A DNA stretch of 64,000 nucleotides, taken from positions 14,322,001 through 14,386,000 of the forward strand of contig CM102290.1 in assembly GCA_046563655.1 (NCBI GenBank), given 5' to 3'. The notes under the pieces are model-generated. The model had not been told where the DNA came from. It did no database searches and saw only the letters and a list, made by a program, of their open reading frames with translations. The stretch's first letter is position 1, and each line of letters begins with the position of its first letter. Below, one piece after another: positions 11,905 to 25,400 of this stretch. The DNA is from Yuukianura sp. NJ FZ-2021. Taxonomy: Eukaryota. Made by a program: the position numbers and the translations under genes.

Positions 11905-14280
11905 TGCCCACGTCCTTCAAGTTAAAATTTTGAAATTTTTTACTTGGGTACCCCAAGGGGGTACCTTCTCGCGGGTACTGTCTCCGAGGTAGGTTTAGGC
12001 GTTTAACATTTTCTCCGAGGTTGTAAACTCCAGAAAAAGTCGATGTTTTTGAAAAAAAACTTAAGTATTGGCCACGCCCTTCAAGTCAAAATTTCGAAAT
12101 TTTCAACAAAGGTACCCCGGAAGGGTACCTTTCCGTGGGTACTCTCTCCGAGGTAGGCTTAGGCGATTAACATTTTCTCCGAGGTTGTAAACTGCAGAAA
12201 AAGTCGATGTTTTTGAAAAAAACTTAAGTGCTGGCCACGCCCTTCAAGTCAAAATTTTGAAATTTTTTACTTGGGTACCCCAAGGGGGTACCTTCTCGCG
12301 GGTACTGTCTCCGAGGTAGGTTTAGGCGTTTAACATTTTCTCCGAGGTTGTAAACTGCAGAAAAAGTCGATGTTTTTGAAAAAAACTTAAGTGCTGGCCA
12401 CGCCCTTCAAGTCAAAATTTTGAAATTTTTTACTTGGGTACCCCAAGGGGGTACCTTCTCGCGGGTACTGTCTCCGAGGTAGGTTTAGGCGTTTAACATT
12501 TTCTCCGAGGTTGTAAACTGCAGAAAAAGTCGATGTTTTTGAAAAAAACTTAAGTGCTGGCCACGCCCTTCAAGTCAAAATTTTGAAATTTTTTACTTGG
12601 GTACCCCAACGGGGTACCTTCTCGCGGGTACTGTCTCCGAGGTAGGTTTAGGCGTTTAACATTTTCTCCGAGGTTGTAAACTGCAGAAAAAGTCGATGTT
12701 TTTGAAAAAAAACTTAAGTATTGGCCACGCCCTTCAAGTCAAAATTTCGAAATTTTCAACAAAGGTACCCCGGAAGGGTACCTTTCCGTGGGTACTCTCT
12801 CCGAGGTAGGCTTAGGCGATTAACATTTTCTCCGAGGTTGTAAACTGCAGAAAAAGTCGATGTTTTTGAAAAAAACTTAAGTGCTGGCCACGCCCTTCAA
12901 GTCAAAATTTCGAAATTTTCAACAAAGGTACCCCAGGGGGGTACCTTTCCGTGGGTACTCTCTCCGAGGTAGGTTTAGGCGATTAACATTTTCTCCGAGG
13001 TTGTAAACTACAGAAAAAGTCGATGTTTTTGAAAAAACTTAAGTGCTGGCCACGCCCTTAAAGTCAAAATTTTGAAATTTTTACTTGGGTACCCCAAGGG
13101 GTACCTTCTCGTGGGTACTGTCTCCGAGGTAGGTTTAGGCGTTTAACATTTTCTCCGAGGTTGTAAACTCCAGAAAAAGTCGATGTTTTTGAAAAAAAAA
13201 ACTTAAGTGATGGCCACGCCCTTCAATTGAAAATTTCGAAATTTGTTACTTGGGTATCCCAAGGGGGTACTTTCTCGTGGGTACTTTCTCCGAGGTAGGT
13301 TTAGGCGTTTAACATTTTCTCCGAGGTTGTAAACTGCAGAAAAAGTCGATGTTTTTGAAAAAAACTTAAGTGCTGGCCACGCCCTTCAAGTCAAAATTTT
13401 GAAATTTTTTACTTGGGTACCCCAACGGGGTACCTTCTCGCGGGTACTGTCTCCGAGGTAGGTTTAGGCGTTTAACATTTTCTCCGAGGTTGTAAACTGC
13501 AGAAAAAGTCGATGTTTTTGAAAAAAAACTTAAGTATTGGCCACGCCCTTCAAGTCAAAATTTCGAAATTTTCAACAAAGGTACCCCGGAAGGGTACCTT
13601 TCCGTGGGTACTCTCTCCGAGGTAGGCTTAGGCGATTAACATTTTCTCCGAGGTTGTAAACTGCAGAAAAAGTCGATGTTTTTGAAAAAAACTTAAGTGC
13701 TGGCCACGCCCTTCAAGTCAAAATTTCGAAATTTTCAACAAAGGTACCCCGGAAGGGTACCTTTCCGTGGGCACTCTCTCCGAGGTAGGCTTAGGCGATT
13801 AACATTTTCTCCGAGGTTGTAAACTGCAGAAAGAGTCGATGTTTTTGAAAAAAACTTAAGTGCTGGCCACGCCCTTCAAGTCAAAATTTTGAAATTTTTA
13901 CTTGGGTACCCCAAGGGGGTACCTTCTCGCGGGTACTGTCTCCGAGGTAGGTTTAGGCGTTTAACATTTTCTCCGAGGTTGTCAACTGCAGAAAAAGTCG
14001 ATGTTTTTGAAAAAAACTTAAGTGCTGGCCACGCCCTTCAAGTCAAAATTTTGAAATTTTTTACTTGGGTACCCCAAGGGGGTACCTTCTCGTGGGTACT
14101 CTCTCCGAGGTAGGTTTAGGCGATTAACATTTTCTCCGAGGTTGTAAACTGCAGAAAAAGTCGATGTTTTTGAAAAAAAAAACTTAAGTGATGGCCACGC
14201 CCTTCAATTGAAAATTTCGAAATTTTTTATTTACGTACCCCAAGGGTTTACCTTCTCGTGGATACCCATTCCGAGGTAGG
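11905..14280 (-). repeat. 163-bp tandem satellite, ~14.5 copies, reverse complement of the 6715-10323 array
   Basis: Unit reads ...TCTCCGAGGTAGGTTTAGGCG...AAAAAGTCGATGTTTTT...GGCCACGCCCTTCAAGTC. The first and last units are degenerate. Confidence 0.97.
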
Positions 14281-16468
14281 AAATTTAACTTTACTTTAAT
14301 GCGATTAAATCTGTTCTTATTGTTCTTATTAAAATCAATTACAATAAGCAATTTAATTCAAATAATTCAATTTTATTTTATTTTATTTAATTTTGTTTGC
14401 TAATATTAATTGAAACGTATTTTTGCTTAATTTAATTAATTTTATTTGCCCATTTCTGCATTTGCGTCACTTCCACACTGTAGGTACGGCGCCACTGGTA
14501 AGGTAATATTTTTTGACTATGCAAATGAGGAGAAAGCCATAGTTAACTCCAAGTTTTTTTGGCTTTGTTTTCATCGGGTATAAAATGTTTTGGTTGAAAT
14601 TTTAAAATCTTTCCCGCGTAAATAGCACCCAGTGTTATGCGCCGCAAATTCCTCGCTCTTCCAAGTACAGTCAGTATTATTGTATGGTCTATTCGATTGT
14701 AGGTTTCATGTGTTTCAGTAAAGTTTAACAAATTAGTTAAACTGTACTCGGAACAAGGGATTTCATCAGTTAATTATTTAGTAGTTAAATACTAAAGCTA
14801 ATGCTTTAGTGTCTGAATTCAAAGAACAGTTAGGCTGATGGCGCCATACTCATTTCAGGGTAGAAATTGAATCCTGCGCCTCTCTCCTTGTCCACTTTTC
14901 CTCTCACTTTTTATGGCTTCTCGCTTTACACTTTCTACAATCTCTTATTTACCGTAAAAGTTCTCACTGGCGAAGGCGCGAAATGACGATGATTTAAATT
15001 GGAATTATAATAATATGAATTATAATATTCATATAGGAATTATTATAATAATTATTCTAATAATTATAACACAAGGTGGATTAATAAATATAATTTGCCA
15101 GAACAAAAAAGTTCCAGTACATGCAAATCTGCTCCTCATGTAGTTAATCTTTTGTCGATGATTTAAAATTTCAAGTGCATATTTATTGTAGTTTATTTAT
15201 TTATTTTGTTTATTTATTCTAACAATATGTGAGTGTGTATGTAAAGTAATGTAATGAATTGAGCTATGGTGGGTAAAGGTTAGTTGACGTAAGTATGTTA
15301 GAGTATAATTAAGGAACTTTAAGGAGTTTGGCCGTGGTAAGAGTATTTACGGTACACTTTGTAAAAGGAGAGTAAAGTAGTGAGTAAAAAGAAGGAAGAG
15401 ACGGGATTTAAAAGGCTGATTTAGAGGGAGGAGGGAGCGGGTGAGGACGAGAAGTAGGCAAAACTAATTGATTCCCTCACAGGACTCTCACAACATCTGA
15501 GGTCGACGACGACTGGAAAAGGTCGGTCGTCTGTTGCTCTTCAAGTCTCAGAGTCCATCGGACACACAAGTCTGTCAAGTATCTAACTACTGGAAGTATA
15601 CGCTCAGCATCCTCCACCTTCAGCTACTACGATTGTCATGGTCACGGTGTCAGTCATCAGCATGAACTACTTGGTAAGTACTTTTACTAACAACAGCAGT
15701 TCTTTGTTTAAGTTCGTTTGTCAGAGTAGTAAAAGTGTCAAAAGTGGAGGTCAGTGACCGCAGACCACTGAGTTAGTGGCGCTTTGGCTCCGGTAATCTT
15801 TGTCTTTATGTCAAAGCGTATCCTAAGTTAAGTATTTAGTCACCGTTAACTACCGTTTGCTTCCTTGGTTTTTCTAATTCCTTTTAACCTTATTCCTTTA
15901 GTGCTAAATTCCTTCGGTGTGATCAATTCCTTCGTTTTTGGTTCTACTTCGGTGGGAACCAGTAGACAGCCGCTTTTAAAACTGCGGTAGGAGTCGACAG
16001 ACAGCACTGCGTGTTAACATCAGCAGGGGTTTATCAATTCCAAACATTATTCACCAAAACGTAAACTAATCGAAATCTAATTTGTGTTTTGTTTGATTTG
16101 TGTCTCATTGCAGAAGGGGTTAGGAGCAAACAACAGTCATCGGGCAGTAATCCCAGTGTCATCAGAGTGATTAAGGTCAGTCACCTCTCTCGTCTTTCCT
16201 GGAACGTCTCCAGTTACGTCAAACGACACGCAGAACAAGGCTTGACCTGTTTTGGTAACCTGACTACAACGAGTAAGTTGTCCGCAGAGGTGTCCACTAC
16301 AACTGGCCCAGTTTATCTAAAAACGAACACAAGTTTAAGTGCAGCATAAAGTGTTGTGCAGTGGATGAAATAAGGATTTAAGTATTATTGGTGCTCTTGT
16401 TCCTGGTAGTGTTCAAGTGCGGAGGTCATCGACGGATTGACTTTGATCCTGTGTTGACCTCAGTTGCA

Positions 16469-19400
16469 ATGGCGCTTGGCGGGAATCCTGGATCGGCCTT
16501 AGCTGCCTATGGAAAACGGAAGGAGCAGATTGAGCGCTGGCAGCGATCGGATACTGCTAAACAGCCAACGGAAATCAAAGACCGGCCAAAGCGGGTGAAC
16601 TTTGAGGACAAGTGTATATTTCTAGCAGCAAGTTCAGCAGGAGAGAAGAACAAGGTCGCCAGGATGCTCCGGGATGGTTACAACATCAACGAAGTTGACG
16701 GCGACGGCATCACGGCTCTCCACCAGGTAATTAAGTTAACGTAATCTTAATTGTTGATTACCTAGAGTGTCATTTGTGATCAGCTGACTGGGTTTGGATA
16801 CGCAAGCGGCGTATAATCAATCGTTGAGATCCGTCATTCCAAGTTTTCGTGCTGCCCCGTTGTAGGTCTGCTCAAAGTTCAAACTGTAGAACCAGGGTTG
16901 TTCTAAATTTAGGATTTTTGAATTGAGTCAGTGTTAAGATTTTTCATTTTTTATGGCCATAAGCCCATCACAGGCGTTTCCTCTTCCCTAAAAAAAACTT
17001 TTTTTTTACAATCCGCTGTCTGTCTGTACAGATGCTGCTCAAGACAGGGAACTTCTCACCAGTTCATTCAAGCCTAAACACTAGGCGACGAATACAACTA
17101 AAAAGTTGTGTGAAAAAATAGGAAGTTGAAGGCATGTGCTTATTAGTAGGTGCTAGACAAAATTTTCAAAAGAAACCGGGAGTTTAAAAACAGTTCTAGA
17201 AAAATCAAAACTATGCTTCCATGTAGTACGTGATTTGTTTACGCTTGTCTTGAGGCTGAAAACTATTTAAAGGCATCGTCCCGTTTAAGGAACCTAAAAG
17301 AAACATTTCCTGCTTAACGCACAAGTACAACTTCACCGTTATGTTCAAAAAATGGCACTATGTTTTAAACGTTTTCAAAAAATGGCCTGAAAGTGAAATA
17401 CTTTATGCTTAGACTATCAAAAGTTCGTAAAACTTTGAATAGCACTTTTCTTAAAAACGTTTGAAATTGTAAAAGTTTACCGCCACTCAAACGTTTTTGG
17501 TGACGTTGAGGCAAGAAGCTGGTTAGAATTTTGCTGTTTTTACACGTTTGTTTATTAATTTGATAAAGTTTTCGGAAAATAATTTTGACGTCGTTAAATT
17601 TTGAAAAATGTAATTAGTTGGACATATCGTTATTATTTTTGGACTATTTTGTGTCGTTACGTAATCATTGGAAAATGAGATTTTTACTATGAGGCTGAAA
17701 AAGTTTTTGATAAAAACATAACCTATGTTGTGTCATTTGTGCTTGAGCTTTAGGAATTTAATGTCGGCTTTTAGTTTTTGTAACTTCAGGATCATTTGTT
17801 GCTGATTAATGAAACTTTTTTTTTATTTTTGGCATGGCGGCATTTCGTTTTTGAAAAAGGGAATGCTACAGGAAACTACCATGACTCATTTCAAACCCAA
17901 TTTTTAGAAATTCTAGCCTTCTGAACATAAAAAAGTGCTGAAACTAAAATAAGTACACAGTGAAAGTATTGTTCCCTGGCGTAAGCCTCTTAAGTTTTAG
18001 GTGTTAAAAAAGAATTGAGCAGTAAAACTTTTTTTTAAAAAGTGACTGGTCAAAGTTTAAAAAAGTTGTTCTAAAAATGACTGTTTGGATTCTTGTACTC
18101 TTTTTCTTATGTTGTTCTAATTTTGGTTATGAAAGTACAATTTTTTTTTTGAATTTTGAATTGTATTTTTGAATTGCTGATGAAGTCATAATTTTTTTTG
18201 TTTCAGGCATGCATCGAAGATAATATCGAAATGGTAGAATTTTTGCTTGATCATGGTGCGGATGTCAACATAAGCGACAACGAAGGGTGGACGCCGTTAC
18301 ATGCCGTCGCCAGTTGCAATTTTACGTCTATTGCCAAGTACGTTCCAATTCACTGCATTCCAGCCAAAAATTGTGTGGGCGGAGCCAACTAATTTTGATT
18401 TTGTTTTATCCAGAGTCCTCCTAGAGCATGGAGCAAATTCTGCAGCGCTGAACAACGACTGTAGCCTTCCCATTGATATTTGCAAGAACGACGACATCAA
18501 AGATCTACTACGAGCTGATCTTGCCTCCAAAGGTACAAAAAACAAAAAGTTCCATTTTTGCAACAAACTTAAACTGTTTTGTTGGGAATTCAAAATTTTG
18601 GAACTTTTGTTTCTGAGCATTTAAACGTTTTTGACAAAAACTTTTTGGTTTGGGCAGCAATCGACGTCGGTGCGGCCCGAAAGGCAGAAGAGGCGACCAT
18701 GATTGAGCACGTCAAGGAATGGCTGGTCAACGGCTACTGCGAAATTCCTCATTCAACTACTGGAGCCACTGCTATGCATGTAGCAGCATGTAAAGGCTAC
18801 ATCAAGGTCCTCGAGTAAGTTTTTACATTTTGGACCAAATTTTTAAAATTTTGAGTTTTAACAATAACTGATTTGATTTGTAGTAAACTGATCAAAGCGG
18901 GAGCTGACATCAACGCTGTTGATGGTGACGGATGGACGCCTTTGCATGCAGCGGCGCACTGGGGTCAGTTGGAAGCTTGTCGTGTTCTTCTGGAAGCTGA
19001 ATGTGACACTTCCATTGCCAACAACTGTGTAAGCACCATCTTCATTTTAAGTGCTTTTGAACTTTCCCGCCAAAATTTTTTAAAATTTGGTGTTGTTTTT
19101 GTGTTTCAGGACCAAGATGCTGTGGAAGTAGCCGATCTGAGTGTAGTCTCATTGCTCGAACCTTACAAAAAACCAAGGAAGCGCGATGCTACTGTTGTCA
19201 AGTACTTGCCACTACCACCGCCACCCAAGAAAAAGTATGTTTTTACTTTCATTTTTTATGTCACTTGGTCATAATTTCATTTTCATTGTTCTATCTAATT
19301 CCTAATTCAGTTTTTTATAAGGAGCTGCTTTTGCATTTACCAGTTCACTTTATGCCCATTTTTAGAAAATTTAAATCCAGTTGGTCCTTGTGACAAAATG

Positions 19401-22400
19401 AATTTTTTAGTTGCAGCTCGTTTTGTAAATGAGACAAAAAATTTGTGTTTTTGCGTAGGATTATGTTTTTATGTTGATCCAATTTGTTAAACGAGTTTTT
19501 TTTTGTCTCATCATCATAATTTCATTGAATTTCTCAAAGGAGGTATGAAGTGATGAGATCACAAGATGACAGGATATTAATGTGTATCACTTTTTGGAAA
19601 AGAGTCACGGCAATTGCATCATGCTGAAAAGTGAAATTTTGAAATTTGAGATTTTGAAAATGTTTGATGATTTTTTTGGTTTTTGGTTTTCCAGGGCCCT
19701 CAAGTCCCGCAGTATGTTCGATGAGAGGATAACGACAAATACAAATTTGAGTCCAAAGAAGGACGTCCCATCGAACAAACCGACCGCCACCAACACTACT
19801 ACCTCTCGTAAGTTTCGAATTTTGGCGGTTTTTTAAAATTGTTTGGTGTTTTTGGTTTCATTGTTTCCGTTATTGCGTTTTAGTTTTTTAATAATTGTGT
19901 TGAGGTGTGTCATAACTCTTATGTTTTGCGACACTTTTAAACTTTTGGTTGTTAAAAATCTTTGTTTTTGTGCTTTTTAGCAAAATGTAATGTTTTTTTA
20001 AAAGTTGTTTGTTTTATGAGGATTTCCTTTTGTGGAGTTGATTACACTTTGTCATGCAATTCCGTGTGACAGAAATACGCCTAATTAAGTTCACTTCACA
20101 AATTTTACGAGAAGTTACAAATTTTGTGCTGATTACTCAGATGATAAGCTGAATTTTCTTAGTTTTCAAAATGGGAGTTGTTTGAAAATTGGAACAAAAA
20201 ATTCCTCTTTTTGTAAAAACTATTTTTACAAAAAGCACAAAAAATGTTGGATTTGGTGGAGATTTTGGTTTTTTGATGTCATATCGGTGTGTTTTAAAAA
20301 TAGTTTTTTTTTGTGTAGTTAATTAACTAGTTTAACTAAACTAACACGGGTGACTTGAGTAGAGTTAAACTAACAGTTTGTATTTTTTGTGTGTGCCTAA
20401 CCCAGTACTGAAACCGGATAAGGACGAAGAAGAGCATGGTGAAGCGGAAGACACTGTGAGCGACCTGCCGTCGTCATCGCTGGACCAAATTCCGGCGGAC
20501 TCCAGTCACCCCACGTCACCACCGTTGCCATGTCCGGACACTGCGACACTGTCGTCACTCCACTCCACAAAGTCAGACGACGACAATACTCAAACTCCAG
20601 ACGGCGTCACGCTAAGGCGACATCAGAGAGACAAGACTTTTGCCAGAAATCTAAATTCGGATGTGTTCCTCAAAACGAAAGATGGTAAAATGTCACAGAA
20701 ATTGTCACATTGTGCTCTGTTTTGAATGTTTGGCTCAATTCAATTTTGAATTTTCGCGGTTTTTCACTTTTTAAACCTCATAACATTGAGTTACTGTGTT
20801 ACTAACGTTGAATTTTCCTTGGGTTGAGATACTAAACTTTGGAAATTGTACTTAACTGATGGCTTGAATTTTGTTTTTTCTGCAGCGCCGAGTGCTGGAT
20901 TTGGTGAGAACAGAAGGAAACTTGGTGAAGGTGACAAAGTGTCCAGTTCTTTACCGTCCTTGTCCAGTAGTAATGTTGCCACTGGAAGCAGTAGTGTTGC
21001 CACTAGTACTAAAACTGATTACCTCAAAACGAACGATGGTGGAGCCAGTGGTGACACGGAAGAGGGCGTACCGGCATGGAGACGTGGTGGATCCCTACGA
21101 ACTAGAACAACGCAACCTACCACCTCAAGTGAGTTCGCAATTTTCAAATTTTATGTTAGGTTTTAAAAAAAAATATTTTTAGAAAAAACGGTTTTTGAGT
21201 TTTTGAGAAGTGACGCTAATGGTATTTTTCAAATTGAAAAATAGCGGAGTGGTTTACGACGTTTTAGTTAGTGGCAAAGTTAGAAAGTTGTTTACTGATT
21301 TTGTAGATTAAAAAGTTTAGAGTTAATTGGATTAAAAGTGTGGAGAAGTTTAAGTTACGTTTTTTCAAGTTAGTTTTTTTTCATTGTGTGTGACGTGTGT
21401 TTTAATTAATTCATTTACATGACTCCACTCTCTAAAGGATTATGACAGGAAAGTATATCGCTTCAAGTGCAGCACGTACAAAGTGTCATTAGTCATTCCA
21501 CAAAATTGCAACTTTTTTTTACAACAGTATAAAAATATGGAGTTGGGTTGAGGCAGAGGTGTTTTTAACCACAAGTTTTGGAATTTTGAAAAGTTAATGT
21601 TTTTTGAAAAGTGAATAATGTTTGGTTTTTGTTTTGTCTTGAACAGCACTTCCTGAAGAAGACCAGGCGACTACTGGTGACAAGGCAGCAGTAAGACGAA
21701 CGAAGAGCGAAGTCAGTCCAGAAGTCAGTCTACGTCGGGCCTACAGTTTCGAATCAGATACCAAGTACGTAACATTGGACCGAAATTTTGATATTTTTAT
21801 GAAAATTTCGAAGAATTTATCAAAATTTTGTATAGTTTTGTACAAAGTTTTAATTTGTGTGTCTTGAGTTTCTGTGCACGTATGAATTCGCAAACGCACT
21901 TTTTTTTTATGTTTTTTGCTGACATTTTCTAATGCCATTCGCAGAAGGTTGTTTGCTGATGCTATGTAAGTGTGAATGGCCACTGCTTAATTAATTATTT
22001 AATTAAATGAAATTAATTGATTAATATTGTATTAATTGGCTGTCCAGTTTTTTGAGTTTTGTTTTTAACTTGTGCTGTTGCCCCAGGTTCTACTTCAGGT
22101 TGCATGAAGCGAGAGAGAGACTACGCGCAATCGAGGCCGTTTCGGCTGCGATGAACGCCAATCTCCCGGATATTTACAGTCTGGGAGGGAAAGAGGGGAA
22201 GGTCAAGGACGTTCCAGCAACTCCGAATGCCAAAGAACCAGAATCCGTGACCTCAACTGCTGCAAAGGTCAAACCAACTCCAGTGATCTTTACGCCTGTG
22301 ACAACGCTGACCACGCCCACCGTACAGACGCTGACCACGCCCACTGTGCCGACGACTCTCCAGCGAGCCCACACCGTGCCAGCACCGTCGACCAGCTCCC

Positions 22401-25400
22401 AAGGTCAAGATTTGACCCCGAGGGCACGGAGGAAGTACATTGAGGAAGCGGAGAGTGAGAGATTGTTCAATAACGCAACCAATCCTGCTTCGCCTGACTA
22501 TAACCCAGAGATCGTACTGCGCAGGTACTAAACACAGTTGCTAATTAACATTAATTAATTGAAACTGCCATCTTTCTTGAGAAAATGGTCGTCGTAAGTA
22601 CAAACACGACGATTTACTAATGAAAGCTTCCTGGTTTGGGCCAACTTTTTGAAAAAATAACTTTTTGTTTGCCTAATTTTGTGCAAAATTAACTTTAACT
22701 TAGCTAGTTGTTCTTTATGAAAATTGTGATTTTTTTTAAATTTCGAAACAACGTTGGTGTAATTCTAGACTTAAGATGTAAGGAATTCTTAGTCGTGAGG
22801 TGAAATTTTGAAAGAGTGTTAAATTTTTTGATTTTTTGTTTTAGGCGGGACTCTGACACTAACGTGAGAACTGCACGTCCAACTACTATTTCTACCACGA
22901 GTCCAACGACGGCCACGCGACCACTTCCTGGACATCCGTTCCTTAGAAGGTAACTTTTTTTTTGAAATTTTAAAAATTTGAAGTTATGGTTTTCGAAAAT
23001 TTAGATTTTTTGAAAAGCTTAGTGAGTGGAAGAGAGAGATTGGAGTGAGAAAAGTATGGGAGGAGATGATGAAGGTGGTGAAAATTGAGGTTTCATGAAA
23101 GTTTAAAGATTTTTCAAAAAAAAAGTTTTAAAAATAGTTTAGTAAAACTGAAATTGGTAGAAAGTAATTGTGTTTTATGGAATTGTGGGAATCGTAGTGG
23201 TGAAGGTGAGAGCTCGTCTTCATCACCGTCAGTGGCCACGACACCGTCGACTCCAAGTCCAACCTCTGCACCATCAACGACTACAACAACTAAGATTGGA
23301 CCAGTTTCCAAGTTTAAGCAATTCCTAATCAAGTGCGTTCCGTTTTAAAGTTTCCAATCTGCATGAATTTGCACCCAGTTTGTCAATTTTGTTTAGTTAA
23401 TTTAAAATTTGAATTTTTTTAACCTGCGAAATGTCTAAGCTGATTCACCCTGATTTTTCAGCATGAACATTTTTCATCACAGTGTTTTGTTTGAGATCAC
23501 ACTAAATTTGTGTAACACGCGAAGCTTTTATACTCAACTTGGTTGCGAATCGCAAATTGCGATTTTCTGCTCAAGAATGTGCAGGATTTGGGAAGTTTTG
23601 TTTTCAAAATTTTTGTTTTTTGGATTCAGATGTTGTTGCATGATTTTGAATTTTTGAGTTTTTGCTGGTATGTTTAACTACTAAAGTGCACTTGTTTGAA
23701 ATTTTTTTTTGGAAATGTGTTCTTGAAAATGTGTGTTTTTTTTAAATGTGAAAATGCTAATTTTTGTTTGAATTTTTTGAAGGTCGTTCGTCCCACCAGC
23801 CAGAGATGAGGAATCGGAGACACAGCGTAAGGCTCATGCTAAGAGAGTTCGCGAAACTCGCCGATCTACTCAAGGAGTCACTCTGGAAGAACTCAAGTAA
23901 GATTTTTTCGAAATTTTGAAAAACCTTTCTTTTGAAAATTCATTTATGTGTTATGGATTTTTGTAGGTCTGCTGAACAATACGTCAAGGCACAACAATCA
24001 ACGGATTCTACAGTCCCAGATACCGTAAGTCTCCAGTACTGCTAAGCTGTGGTTTGCTTCCAAGGTCTTTTGCTATCTGTTTTGACATGTTTTTAATTTG
24101 TGCAGATTCAAGAGTCCGCATCGGCCTCGTCACCAACAACCGTACCTGTCTCATCGTCATCTCATGCCGCTCCAGGAAATGTCAGTTCTACTGGAATGCT
24201 GCGTAAAGAAGATGATTCGCTGGAACGACGTCCATCCTGGAGACTCCGAGTTGATGACACGGATCCCAGTAAGTTCAGTCTCGAAGACCTCCGCAGCACT
24301 GGAACCACTGCGACACACTCTCAATCGGCCGAATCCAAGTCGAGACTCGAATCTCCCGCCACTTCTGACCCCAAGTACAGTCCAGTCATCCGGACACGTC
24401 GTCATGAACTGCGTAACAACCGTCCACCGCGTCCTCCAGAAGAGGAGGACACGAATCTAGTCAAGGAAGAATCGGCGGAGGCCAAGACAGGAGCCCAAGG
24501 AGTCATTGCGAAGAAGAAGAAACCCAAACGTCGCTCCACCGGAGTCCTCAACTACTCTTCTACTGTAAGTGTTTTTGAAGTTTAAAAAAAGTTGTTTTCC
24601 TGTTCCTTTGCGTATTGTTTAACTTTTACTCACTTGGTTTTTGTTTTTGGTGGCTTACTAAAGAGTTATTAACACTTGTCCACGGTTGTTTTTTGTTCCA
24701 GTGGACCGATGACCTGGACGGACCTCAAACGCTCAGTGACACAGAGGTAAGACATTTGAATTTGAGCGCTCTTTTGAAAAAAGAAACTTTATGGCTGGTG
24801 CAAGCTGAGGGTGTTTGGATCTTCATTTTCAAGAATTGTTTCAATTTTTAAATTTGCTTTCTTCAAGATTATAAGTCGTTTTTTTTATGGGCTAGGGTTG
24901 ATTTTCTTTTGAGTTTGCGGCGTGAGGGGTTTAACATTCATTTCCACTCTGTGTTTTTTAACAAGTTTTTTTTTTTTGTGTTGTAATTTAGTGATGTTAT
25001 TTATGTTTAGCGTTCGTGTCAGGTGGAGTGTGCCATTTTTCTTGTTGTTCGGAGCTTAGTTCAAGCTGTTTGAGATAACAAGAGAGCGGGCAGGTTTGAA
25101 AGTTTAAAAACTTCGAACAGGAATCCATTACTGCCTGTTGGAATTCCGGTTCCGGCATTTTCTAGTTAAGGGAGACTGGGAATTGATGATTGTTAGACAA
25201 GTAACAAGAAATAGTTCTATTTCTTGTTACATTCATTTAACATTATTCTAAGAATGTTGAATGGAAAGTGTTTCCTTCCTAGGTGATGTGATTAAGTTTG
25301 AGGTTTATTTGCAGAAGTGATTGAGATGTTAATGTTTATGCGTCGAGGATATTAATATTATTCAGTTTGGTTCGTCTGGTGAATGGTGGTGACAGGAGGA

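Larger units (their letters stand above)
6114..14552. mobile_element. Composite foldback-like locus: 24-bp outer inverted repeat, two inverted 163-bp arrays, central HINE elements
   Basis: TTGGAGTTAACTAT(C/G)GCTTTCTCC at 6114-6137 and its reverse complement at 14529-14552 (23/24 match). The arrays are in opposite orientation. No TSD or transposase was found. Confidence 0.5.

Noticed and set aside
13889..14113. 74-aa ORF, and similarly ORFs 32056-32271 and 32606-32911
   Set aside because: Chance open frames in satellite units.
6100..14565. Assigning the 24-bp inverted repeat to a named TIR superfamily (Sola, Zator, Kolobok, Mutator)
   Set aside because: No target-site duplication at the boundaries and lengths I tried (3, 4 and 9 bp), and no transposase inside.
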